A stretch of DNA of 44,878 nucleotides from a virus (taxonomy: Duplodnaviria; Caudoviricetes): positions 1-44,878 of IMG/VR virus record IMGVR_UViG_3300048856_000034. The stretch is one strand, 5' to 3'. Below the pieces are notes generated by a model. The model made no database searches. It saw only the letters and a program-made list of their open reading frames with translations, and was not told the origin of the DNA. Positions 7,875-16,376 of the stretch are shown piece by piece. Made by a program: the position numbers and the translations under genes. How positions within the stretch are numbered: the first letter of the stretch is position 1; every line of letters begins with the position of its first letter.

Positions 7875-9503
7875 ATGACCGCGAATCTCACCATGACCGA
7901 CCTGTTCTGCGGGGCCGGCGGCAGCTCCACCGGCGCCGTGTCCGTCCCGGGCGTGAACGTCCGCCTCGCCGCGAACCACTGGGCCACCGCGATCGAGACC
8001 CACAACGCGAACCACCCCGACACCGACCACCTGCAGGCCGACATCTCGAACACCGACCCCCGGTACATCCCCAAGACCGACATCCTCTGGGCGTCGCCCG
8101 AGTGCACCAACCACTCCCGCGCGAAGGGCCGCAAGCTCCCCTCGCAGCCCGACCTGTTCGGCGACGTCCTGCCCGACGAGGCCGCCGAGCGGTCCCGCGC
8201 GACGATGTGGGACGTCGTCCGCTTCACCGAGGCCCACGAGTACCGGGCGATCCTCGTCGAGAACGTCGTCGAGGTCGTCGACTGGACGAGCTCGAACGGG
8301 CGCCGCGGCGGCCTCTTCGACTCCTGGCTCGGCGCGATGCACGCCATGGGCTACGAGCACCGCATCATCAGCATGAACTCGATGCACGCCCAGGCCCACG
8401 GCCTCCCGGCGCCGCAGTCCCGCGACCGCGTCTACATCTCGTTCTGGCGCGAGAGCGAGCGCGCCCCCGACTTCGAGCGCATGCAGCGGCCCCTCGCCTA
8501 CTGCCCCAGCTGCGACGAGACCGTCGAGTCCATCCAGTCCTGGAAGCGACCAGGGACCCGCACCGGCCGGTACCGCACCCAGTACGTGTACCGGTGCCCG
8601 AAGCACTCCTGCCGCGGCCAGCAGGTCGAGCCCGGGTGGCTCCCCGCCTCGTCGATCATCGACTGGTCCCTGCCCGGCACCCGCATCGGCGACCGCGACA
8701 AGCCCCTCGCCGAGAAGACGATGCGCCGCATCCAGGTCGGCATCGACCGGTACTGGACCCCGATCCACGTCGAGCACGGCGGCAACCAGTACGACGCCGC
8801 CGACCCGAAGCACCCCGGGTTCGGCGACCCCTCCTCCTACTACCGCGCGTGGCCCGTCGACGACGTCCTGCGGACCATGCACACCCGCGAGTCCAAGGGC
8901 ATCGCCTACGACCCCGTGATGGTCCCGGTCGAGGGCCGTGACGGGAAGGAGCCGCGGTCCGCCCGCGACGCGATGCGGACGATGACGACCCGCAACGAGA
9001 CCGGCGTCGCACTCCCGCCGTTCTTCGCTGAGCTCCGCGGCGGAGGCTCCACCGCGCGCCTGGCCTCGGACGCGCTCGCCACGGTGACGGCGTCGGGCAA
9101 CCACCACGCGCTGATCATGACGAACACGCACCAGAACCGCGCACGTCCGGTGTCCGAGGCGATGCCGACGATGACCACCGCCACGGCGCACGCGCTGATC
9201 ATGCGGAACAACCAGGGCGGCGCCGAGATGACGACGCCGGCCAGCGAGCCCGTCAGGACGATCACCACCCACGGCCACCAGTCCCTCCTGACCGGCCGCA
9301 CCGTCAACATCGACGACGTCCGGTTCCGGATGCTCGAGCCCTCCGAGATCAAGCAGGCCATGGCGTTCCCCGCCGACTACCTCATGACCGGGAACCGCCG
9401 CGAGCAGGTCAAGCTCTCCGGCAACGCCGTCACTCCGCCCGCCGCCCGCGACCTCATCGCGACCGTCGTCCAGGCCATCACCGGAGAGTCGGTGGCGGCA
9501 TGA
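7875..9503 (+). CDS. C5 DNA cytosine methyltransferase (orphan)
   Basis: DLFCGAGG motif I, ASPECTNHS motif IV, ENV motif VI, QSRDR motif VIII, GNAVTPP motif X. Confidence 0.95.
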   Translation: MTANLTMTDLFCGAGGSSTGAVSVPGVNVRLAANHWATAIETHNANHPDTDHLQADISNTDPRYIPKTDILWASPECTNHSRAKGRKLPSQPDLFGDVLPDEAAERSRATMWDVVRFTEAHEYRAILVENVVEVVDWTSSNGRRGGLFDSWLGAMHAMGYEHRIISMNSMHAQAHGLPAPQSRDRVYISFWRESERAPDFERMQRPLAYCPSCDETVESIQSWKRPGTRTGRYRTQYVYRCPKHSCRGQQVEPGWLPASSIIDWSLPGTRIGDRDKPLAEKTMRRIQVGIDRYWTPIHVEHGGNQYDAADPKHPGFGDPSSYYRAWPVDDVLRTMHTRESKGIAYDPVMVPVEGRDGKEPRSARDAMRTMTTRNETGVALPPFFAELRGGGSTARLASDALATVTASGNHHALIMTNTHQNRARPVSEAMPTMTTATAHALIMRNNQGGAEMTTPASEPVRTITTHGHQSLLTGRTVNIDDVRFRMLEPSEIKQAMAFPADYLMTGNRREQVKLSGNAVTPPAARDLIATVVQAITGESVAA

Positions 9504-9679
9504 GCACCACGAGCACCGCACAGCTGCTGCCCGAGGTCGACCTCCTCGACCTGCTCGCCGACCTCGACCTGATCCGCTGCACCTGCGGGTGCGACGCCGT
9601 CTTCGACCTCGCCGCCTACGAGAAGCGCGCGAACGTGACGGGGATCCGGTTCTCCTCCGTGGGGGAGGTGGCGGCGTGA
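9500..9679 (+). CDS. Small hypothetical protein (59 aa)
   Basis: ATGA and GTGA coupling; MSTTSTAQLLPEVDLL...GEVAA; below the ORF-track cutoff. Confidence 0.65.
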   Translation: MSTTSTAQLLPEVDLLDLLADLDLIRCTCGCDAVFDLAAYEKRANVTGIRFSSVGEVAA

Positions 9680-10080
9680 GCATCGACGAGCTGACAGGAA
9701 CGTGGATCGACACCCACCCGAGCCTCACCCCCGAGGGCGGCCGCCGCGTCGCCACCCTCATGGCCGCGGCCGCCCTGTCGACGGGTCACGTCGACGACCT
9801 CCCGGGCGTGCTGGTCGCACTCGGGCTGCGCGAGCCCGTGGAGGCCGTGCAGGACTGCGGGCACCCCGTGTCCGAGATCTTGCAGGACCCCGCCCGGCAC
9901 CGGTACTGCGGGGCGTGCCGCACCGCGCGGACCCTGCCTGCCGCCGAAGTGCCGTGCCAGGCCCCGAAGCCGGGGACGCAGGCCGGCGCCCGGTGGCACT
10001 GGCGGCGACACGAGTCGTGCGAGCCATGCAAGCAGGCCGAGCGCCAATACAAGGCCGCACGCAGGGGGGTGGCCGCATGA
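9676..10080 (+). CDS. Hypothetical Cys/His-rich protein
   Basis: CGH...YCGAC and GTQAGARWH..H ESCEPC motifs; coupled. Confidence 0.7.
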   Translation: MSIDELTGTWIDTHPSLTPEGGRRVATLMAAAALSTGHVDDLPGVLVALGLREPVEAVQDCGHPVSEILQDPARHRYCGACRTARTLPAAEVPCQAPKPGTQAGARWHWRRHESCEPCKQAERQYKAARRGVAA

Positions 10081-10361
10081 ACCTCGGCCCCTACCGCCGC
10101 GACTGGCCCGAGCACGCCGTGTGCGCAGCCGACGACACCCCCGGCCTCTGGATCTCCGAGGACCCCGAGGACCAGGCCGCCGCCGCCCTGATCTGCCGCA
10201 CCTGCCCCGTCCGGCTCGACTGCCTCGACGACGCGATGGACATCGAGGGCGGCGACGGAGTCTCCGGTCGCGCGACCGTCCGCGGCGGCCTCAACCCGCA
10301 GGAGCGCGTCGACCTGCACAAGGCCACCCGCTTCGCCCGCATCACCCGGAGGGCCGCATGA
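10077..10361 (+). CDS. whiB: WhiB-family Fe-S transcription factor
   Basis: W..HAVC, CRTCPVRLDC four-Cys pattern, VRGGLNPQER. Confidence 0.9.
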   Translation: MNLGPYRRDWPEHAVCAADDTPGLWISEDPEDQAAAALICRTCPVRLDCLDDAMDIEGGDGVSGRATVRGGLNPQERVDLHKATRFARITRRAA

Positions 10362-10644
10362 CCAGCGCCTGGGACACCGAGTCGCCTACGAGCTGCTGGT
10401 CGGGCCGATCCCTGACGGGCTCGTGATCGACCACCTGTGCCGCGTGAAGGCCTGCATCAATCCCGCCCACCTGGAGCCGGTCACGTCGGGCGAGAACACC
10501 CGCCGCGCCATGCGTGAGGCCTGCGTTCACGGGCACCGCTTCACCCCGGACAACACGTACGTCCCCGCCGACGGGAAGCGGTACTGCCGCGAATGCCGCC
10601 GGCGCCGAGTTCGCGAACAGCGAGCGAGGAAGGCCGCCGCATGA
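10358..10644 (+). pseudogene. HNH endonuclease, truncated or frameshifted at the 5' end
   Basis: HRVAYELLVGPIPDGLVIDHLCRVKACINPAHL is out of frame with the coupled ATG10358 and has no in-frame start before HRVAY. Confidence 0.7.
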
Positions 10645-11048
10645 CCGTCCACACCATGACCCTGACCGTCGGGTCATCGAACCTCCTCACGGCGAACCGC
10701 CGGATCCACCACCTCGCCCGCGCCCGCGCGTCGAAGATCCTCCGGCACGCCGCATCGATCAACGCCGGGTCGGTCCCCCGCATGGAACGTGCGCACCTCA
10801 CCGTGTACGTCTCCTGGCCCGACCGCCGGCGCCGCGACGTCCACAACGTCATGCCGACCGTCAAGGCCATCGTCGATGGCGCCGTGTCCGGCCCGGTCCG
10901 ACCACGCGGCTCGGAGCCGTGGACCCGCGGCGTCCTCCCGGACGACGACGACCGGCACCTCACCGGCCCCGACCTCCGCGTCACCGACGAGCTCTCCGGC
11001 GTCCCCGGGGTCGTCCGGTTCCGGCTCGAGTGGGAGGACCGGACGTGA
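10641..11048 (+). CDS. RusA-like Holliday junction resolvase
   Basis: LTANRR, RRRDVHNVMPTVKAIVDG, LPDDD acidic motifs. Confidence 0.8.
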   Translation: MTVHTMTLTVGSSNLLTANRRIHHLARARASKILRHAASINAGSVPRMERAHLTVYVSWPDRRRRDVHNVMPTVKAIVDGAVSGPVRPRGSEPWTRGVLPDDDDRHLTGPDLRVTDELSGVPGVVRFRLEWEDRT

Positions 11049-11221
11049 CCCGCGACGAGGAGGTCCAGCAGGTCGCCCGGGCCCTGTCCGAGCACCGCGT
11101 CCTGATCTGCGGGTGCGGGAAGCCCGACGCGAACACGACGGCCGGACGCCGCCGACACCAGCAGCTCTACGGACACCAGATGTCCGGCACCGACAACAGG
11201 AAGGAGGCCACCCGTGCCTGA
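11045..11221 (+). CDS. Small hypothetical protein
   Basis: GTGA overlap; GGAGG RBS. Confidence 0.5.
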   Translation: MTRDEEVQQVARALSEHRVLICGCGKPDANTTAGRRRHQQLYGHQMSGTDNRKEATRA

Positions 11222-11558
11222 GTTCACCGACCGCCAGGCGACGGCGTTCACCGAGATCGTCGCCGACATCCGCACCCGGGGCGTCGAGGTCGCCGACCGG
11301 ATCGAGGACCCGTACTGGGTCGTCGAGTGGGCCGACGAGATCCGCCCCGGCCGCGGCCACTCGTTCAACGGCATCTGGTCCGACGGCGAGCACATCGTCC
11401 AGGTCCTCATGGACGTCTACGGCTACCCGAGTGTCAGCATCGGCGCCGTCGACTGGCTCCACAACAGCGCCGACGACGAGTGCAGCTGCGACCGCTGCGT
11501 CGCGTACCGCGCCGAGGACGAGGAGGACGACCGACCAGGCGTGGAGGTTCGGCCGTGA
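11214..11558 (+). CDS. Hypothetical protein
   Basis: AAGGAGG RBS before GTG. Confidence 0.75.
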   Translation: MPEFTDRQATAFTEIVADIRTRGVEVADRIEDPYWVVEWADEIRPGRGHSFNGIWSDGEHIVQVLMDVYGYPSVSIGAVDWLHNSADDECSCDRCVAYRAEDEEDDRPGVEVRP

Positions 11559-12100
11559 CCCAGCCCGGCCGCATCCCCGGCGAGTTCGTCCCTCTCGACG
11601 TCAACTACGCCCATGACCGCGCCCTGAGGGCCGCTGGACCGATGGCCGAGCTGCTGTTCATCCGCGGTCTGGCCTACGCCAAGCGCGGGCGCGCTGGCGG
11701 TCTGGTCCCGGACTACGACCTGTCCGTCGTCGGTGTGGGCATCCCGAACCCGGGTAAGCACGCTGCCGCGCTCGTCCGTGAGGGCGTGTGGGAGGAGGTC
11801 GAGGGCGGCTGGCAGATCCGGTCCTGGTCGCGGTGGAACCCGAGGTCAGAGGCGCAGATCGCGAAGAGCCAGTCCAAGGGCGGATCGCTCGGGAACCACA
11901 ACCGGTGGCACGTCGAGAAGGGCGGCTGGTCCGCGGACTGCCGGTTCTGTCCCCCGATCGGTGAGCGATCGGTAAGCGATCGCTACACCGAGTCGCTCTC
12001 GATCGCAGAGGTAGAGGAAGAGGTAGAGAAGAGAGAGAGCGATCACCCCAGCATGCATTCATCGTCACCTTCCGTACCGCGCGAGTCGGGAGTCGCCTGA
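11555..12100 (+). CDS. Putative replication initiator-like protein
   Basis: ELLFIRGLAY...LVREGVWEEVEGGWQIRSWSRWNP...GNHNRWH resembles actinophage replication initiators; position fits. Confidence 0.6.
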   Translation: MTQPGRIPGEFVPLDVNYAHDRALRAAGPMAELLFIRGLAYAKRGRAGGLVPDYDLSVVGVGIPNPGKHAAALVREGVWEEVEGGWQIRSWSRWNPRSEAQIAKSQSKGGSLGNHNRWHVEKGGWSADCRFCPPIGERSVSDRYTESLSIAEVEEEVEKRESDHPSMHSSSPSVPRESGVA

Positions 12101-12567
12101 TGCATGCCGGGACGATCAGCTCCGCGCAGGCACGGTCCCTCGCCGTGTTCGTCAACACGCTCCGCCCCGACTGGGACGTCCCCGGCATCGCAGCCGCACT
12201 CCACAAGGCCCGGAACCGCGCCCCCGTCGACGAGCTCGCACACGCACTCGTCCGGTTCGCGGCCCGTACGGACCTACGCACGCCGGCCGTGTTCGCCGAG
12301 GACGGCACGCACTGGATGGGCCTGGTCGTCGCAGAAGCCCACGCTCCACAGCGCCGGAAGTGCCCGACCCACGGCATCGCGGTCCGGGTCACCGACGGGC
12401 TCTGCACCGGCTGCGTCGCCGACACCAAAGCCGCCGACGAGAACCGCGCCGACACCCTCGCCATCGACCCCGACCAGGCCGAGACCAACGCCCGCGGGGC
12501 ACGCACCGTCCTCCGCGCACACCGAGCAGCACTCGCCCGCACCACCGACAAGGAGACCCACGCATGA
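12100..12567 (+). CDS. Hypothetical protein (replication module, CxxH/CxxC)
   Basis: LRPDWDVPGI...RTPA..CPTHG..CTGC; coupled. Confidence 0.7.
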   Translation: MHAGTISSAQARSLAVFVNTLRPDWDVPGIAAALHKARNRAPVDELAHALVRFAARTDLRTPAVFAEDGTHWMGLVVAEAHAPQRRKCPTHGIAVRVTDGLCTGCVADTKAADENRADTLAIDPDQAETNARGARTVLRAHRAALARTTDKETHA

Positions 12568-12767
12568 GCACGTACCGAGTCAGGTTCACCGTCCCGGCAG
12601 AGGTCGTCGTCGAGCTCGACGCGCCGGACGAGGACACCGCCGAGGACCGAGCACACGACATGGTCCGCAACCGGCTGTACGAGGTCGCCGTCTACAGCAA
12701 CGGCGTCGGCATCTTCGGGGACGTCGACGGCATCGGCCCGGACGAGACCGTCGAGGTGTCCCGGTGA
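12564..12767 (+). CDS. Small hypothetical protein
   Basis: AAGGAG RBS; ATGA overlap. Confidence 0.7.
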   Translation: MSTYRVRFTVPAEVVVELDAPDEDTAEDRAHDMVRNRLYEVAVYSNGVGIFGDVDGIGPDETVEVSR

Positions 12768-13432
12768 CCGCCGCTGACGGGACGTACCCGGGCGTGCGCG
12801 CAGGCGAGACCATCACCACCGCGGCCGAGCTCGACGCGCTGCCGGACGCCACTGTCGTCCTCGACCACGATGGCGACGCCTGGCAGAGCGACGAAGGGCT
12901 GTGGTCCTGCGCCCGCGCGAGCCTGGTCGACTGGGGAACCGCCAAGCTGGCCAAGCTCGCCCCGCTGACGGTCCTGTTCCGCCCGGACGCCCCGGAGCCG
13001 GCCCCGGTGCCCCACGACGCCGTAGAGCGGGCACTGCGCGACCTGGACACGGTGCGAGACGACGACGCGGGGAGCGAGTACCGCGACGCCGCCGCAGACC
13101 GGGTCGCAACCGCGCTCCATACCCTCCGCCTCCTCAGCACGGGCAGCAGCGAGGGCCAGGCCTGGCCCTCGTACAACGAGGACATCTACGACCCGCCCGA
13201 GTCCGCTCAGCGCGGCGGGGAGGCGGCGGACCGGGAGGCGCTGGTGGCGAACCTGAGCGCGGTCGCCGCGGCGTTGCTGCGAGGCGGCCAGGACAATGCG
13301 TACCGCTCGCAGGTCGCGCTGGCGAGCCTGGACTACCTCAGCGACGCCGCCCGCCTCCTCGCCGCACGAGGTGACGCCGCGGCGCCAGCGCGTGCCGACC
13401 ACGACACCGCGACGACCACCACCATCCGATGA
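12764..13432 (+). CDS. Hypothetical protein
   Basis: GTGA overlap; ITTAAELDALPDATVVLD..GDAWQ domain. Confidence 0.7.
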   Translation: MTAADGTYPGVRAGETITTAAELDALPDATVVLDHDGDAWQSDEGLWSCARASLVDWGTAKLAKLAPLTVLFRPDAPEPAPVPHDAVERALRDLDTVRDDDAGSEYRDAAADRVATALHTLRLLSTGSSEGQAWPSYNEDIYDPPESAQRGGEAADREALVANLSAVAAALLRGGQDNAYRSQVALASLDYLSDAARLLAARGDAAAPARADHDTATTTTIR

Positions 13433-13440
13433 AGCCGGCG

Positions 13441-13821
13441 CTACTGGTCGCCGACCAACTCACCCGTCTCAGCACGCTCCCGCTGCATGCGGCGTTCGAT
13501 CACCCGGCCGAAGATCCACTCCGCCCAGGGCATGATCGCCGCGCTCACCCCGACCCCCAGCACAGGTCCGAGTGCGACGCCCATCACCCACCTGGCCGTC
13601 AGACCAGAAAGTCCGCTGTTGTCCCACATTCCCGAGACGGCCATCCATTCGGCCCATGTCAAAGCGCCAGCTCCAATGAGGATCACCGTGCGACCCACTA
13701 CTCCCTGCCAGCCGTCGAGGTGATCCACACGAAGCAGTCGGTCCTTTCCCACGTAGTAGATGAGGAAGTACACGGGAATCACCGTCGCCAGCACGCCACA
13801 CGCGTCCGCATCGAGCTTCAT
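13441..13821 (-). CDS. Moron membrane protein (about 3 TM)
   Basis: Hydrophobic segments; lower GC; TACGGT 6 nt upstream of the ATG. Confidence 0.7.
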   Translation of the reverse strand: MKLDADACGVLATVIPVYFLIYYVGKDRLLRVDHLDGWQGVVGRTVILIGAGALTWAEWMAVSGMWDNSGLSGLTARWVMGVALGPVLGVGVSAAIMPWAEWIFGRVIERRMQRERAETGELVGDQ

Positions 13822-14125
13822 GGCGCGACCGTAACCCGGAGACACGACGCTTCGGGACGAAACCGGACCGCAGCATGACGACGATCCAGCAGTGCGCTCA
13901 CGGCTGTGAGCTCGTCACCTCGCTGATCCGCCTCGCCCGCGCGAAGGGCACCACCGAGCAGACCGAACGCATCTGCCAAGGGCTGCACTCGCCCGCGGAC
14001 AAGGCTCCGGGCCTGTTCGCGCCGCTTCACAAACGCACGGGCTTGTTAGCGCTCACACAGCAGACCAGGCTTGTACCTGAGGACTCCCTCCGGTACGAGC
14101 AACCCATCGACACGAGGAGGACCCG

Positions 14126-14836
14126 ATGACCCACCCGACCTGCCCCAGATGCGGGCGCGAGCACGTCACCCACCACGGGCACCCCGCGTGCGCCGGGCAC
14201 CTGTCGAAGCGCGACGAGCACGGGGACCTGCAGCCCTGCTCGAAGGCCCCGGTGCAGGGCGCGACGAACTGCGCGACGCACGGCGCCAGCGCCCCGCAGG
14301 TGAAGGCCGCGGCCGGGCGACGGGTCGTGGAGCAGCAGGCCGCGAACCTCGCCGCGACGCTAGGCCTCCCGGTGGATGTGTCGCCGACGGAGGCGCTGCT
14401 CGAGGAGGTCAGGTGGACCGCCGGGCACGTCCAGTGGCTCCGCCGGAAGGTCGCCGAGCTCGACGACGGGGAGACCGTCGCGGGCTACGGCGCGGACGAC
14501 GCCGCGACCCGGCACCCGCTGGTCTGGGGCACCACGCGGCGCGTCGAGAAGCACGCGACCGAGAACCCCGGCACGGACACCACGGAGTCCGCCGAGCCGT
14601 CGATCTGGTACCAGCTCTACGCGAAGGAGCGGGCCCACCTTGTCGCCGTCGCGTCCGCGGCGATCAAGGCCGGCGTCGAGGAGCGCCGCGTCCGTCTCGC
14701 GGAGCAGCAGGGCGACCTCGTCGCCGAGGTCATCCGCCGGATCCTGGACGCGCTGAACCTTTCCGCGGAGCAGCAGGCGCTCGTCCCGACGGTCGTGCCG
14801 CGCGAGCTGCGGGTCATCGCTGGAGGCGGGGAATGA
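14126..14836 (+). CDS. Terminase small subunit-like protein
   Basis: GAGGAGG RBS; PCSKAPVQGATNCATHGASAPQV (HGGxSTG-like) and AIKAGVEERRVRLAE. Confidence 0.65.
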   Translation: MTHPTCPRCGREHVTHHGHPACAGHLSKRDEHGDLQPCSKAPVQGATNCATHGASAPQVKAAAGRRVVEQQAANLAATLGLPVDVSPTEALLEEVRWTAGHVQWLRRKVAELDDGETVAGYGADDAATRHPLVWGTTRRVEKHATENPGTDTTESAEPSIWYQLYAKERAHLVAVASAAIKAGVEERRVRLAEQQGDLVAEVIRRILDALNLSAEQQALVPTVVPRELRVIAGGGE

Positions 14837-14901
14837 GCCCGGCAAATCGATTCGGCGCATGTTCACCAGATGAAGGCCGCCCACCAACCGAGGAGCACCT
14901 C

Positions 14902-15099
14902 GTGACCCGTTACCGCCCCAGCCAAGACCCGCGCCAGCGTGGCGTGAAGCCCGCAGCCCGCTCCCGGATCCGACCGCGCGACGAGTCGCCGGTCGACCTC
15001 CGCGCCGAGATGCTGCGCCGCGACGACGACCACGCGACACCCGCCGGGCGTGAGCCCGAGACCCCTGACCCCACCACCCGGAAGGTGACCGGCCTGTGA
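14902..15099 (+). CDS. Small hypothetical protein
   Basis: GAGGAG RBS; stop overlaps next GTG. Confidence 0.5.
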   Translation: MTRYRPSQDPRQRGVKPAARSRIRPRDESPVDLRAEMLRRDDDHATPAGREPETPDPTTRKVTGL

Positions 15100-16022
15100 G
15101 CATCATCTGCGCGATCGAGACCTGCGACCGCCCCGTCCCCGACACGTCGTTCGTCTGCCCGCCCTGCGGCGCCCGCTTCCGCGCCCAGCTCGAGCGGATC
15201 CCCGACGAGCTCACCCTGCCCGGGCTCGTCGCCCTCCCCGACGGCACCACCCGCCGCGCGATCGACGGCGGCCGCACCGTCTACGGCATCGCCTCGTCCC
15301 TCGACCAGGTCATCGCCCGGCAGACCCACACCCGCCCCGACCGCGCTGACGAGAGGGGCCCGCTCGCCATCAGCGAGACCCCGCTGCCGTACAACCCCGC
15401 CGCGTCGGAGGTCCGCACCGTCCTCGTCGGGACGCTCACGTTCTGGGCCGCCGCCATCAGCGAACAGCGCGGCCTCGCCATCGACGACTGGACCCCCGCC
15501 GGGCTCGCCACGTTCCTCGCTGGGCAGGTCGACTGGCTCCGCGCCCAGGGCGCCGGCGCCGACGCGTTCGACGAGCTCGGGTCCGCGATCCGGCACGCCG
15601 AACGCGCGACCGACCGGCCCGCCGACCGGAAGTACGCCGGACCCTGCACCCAGGAGATCGAGCTCGACGGCGTCCAGTCGACGTGCGGCACGGACCTGTA
15701 CGCCCGGCCCGACCGGGACGTCATCACCTGCCCGACGTGCGGGACCGAGGTCCCCGTAGCCAAACGCCGCGCGTGGCTCCTCGACCTCGCACAGGACCGC
15801 CTCCTCCCCGTCCGCGAACTCGTCCGGGCGATCGACGGGCTCGGTGTCCCGCTGTCGCAGAAGACCATCGAGTCCTGGGTGCAGCGCAAGCAGCTCACCG
15901 CCCACGGCACCGTCCCCCTCCCCGACGGGCGTACCGCGAAGACGTACCGCGTCGGGGACGTCCTCGACCGCGTCCAGGAGTCCGCCCTGCGCCGCCGGCA
16001 CCCGTCCGCGAACACCGCATGA
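15096..16022 (+). CDS. Putative late transcription regulator (Zn ribbons and C-terminal HTH)
   Basis: CxxxxC/CxxC pairs; TIESWVQRKQL..TYRVGDVLD HTH; last gene before the late promoter. Confidence 0.6.
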   Translation: MSIICAIETCDRPVPDTSFVCPPCGARFRAQLERIPDELTLPGLVALPDGTTRRAIDGGRTVYGIASSLDQVIARQTHTRPDRADERGPLAISETPLPYNPAASEVRTVLVGTLTFWAAAISEQRGLAIDDWTPAGLATFLAGQVDWLRAQGAGADAFDELGSAIRHAERATDRPADRKYAGPCTQEIELDGVQSTCGTDLYARPDRDVITCPTCGTEVPVAKRRAWLLDLAQDRLLPVRELVRAIDGLGVPLSQKTIESWVQRKQLTAHGTVPLPDGRTAKTYRVGDVLDRVQESALRRRHPSANTA

Positions 16023-16041
16023 CATCTGGTGCACGCCGCAC

Positions 16042-16070
16042 TTGCCAGCACGTCGCTTGCAGGTTAGGTT
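16042..16070 (+). promoter_or_regulatory. Sigma70-type promoter (putative late promoter)
   Basis: TTGCCA 16042-16047, 17-nt spacer, TAGGTT 16065-16070. Confidence 0.6.
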
Positions 16071-16095
16071 CCTCCTAGGTTGGCGTGAGCCAGAA

Positions 16096-16142
16096 GAGAG
16101 GCCCCTAGCGAACACGGTGAGATACCGCGCTCGGGGCCTCTC
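16096..16142 (+). terminator. Hairpin between promoter and tRNA
   Basis: GAGAGGCCCC 16096-16105 pairs with GGGGCCTCTC 16133-16142. Confidence 0.5.
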
Positions 16143-16146
16143 GCCA

Positions 16147-16219
16147 TGCGGGGTGGAGCAGCGGTAGCTCGCCGGTCTCATACGCCAGGAGGACGCGGGT
16201 TCGATTCCCGCCCCCGCAA
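16147..16219 (+). tRNA. Phage tRNA-Met(CAT), initiator-like body with irregular anticodon stem
   Basis: Acceptor TGCGGGG/CCCCGCA; D arm GAGC/GCTC; T arm GCGGG-TTCGATT-CCCGC; anticodon loop CTCATAC; followed by CTA rather than CCA. Confidence 0.82.
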
Positions 16220-16376
16220 CTACCTCGTCGTCGCAGCGCACCCCGGTCCACACCCCACGAGGACGCGCCGGACGAGACCTGCACGACGAGGACCCACCGC
16301 GCCCGCGAGGCTCGCCGGCGGTTCTGACTTCGCGGAACCCCGGCGCGCGGGAGGTTGCGGCCGGTAGCCTCCCGGC

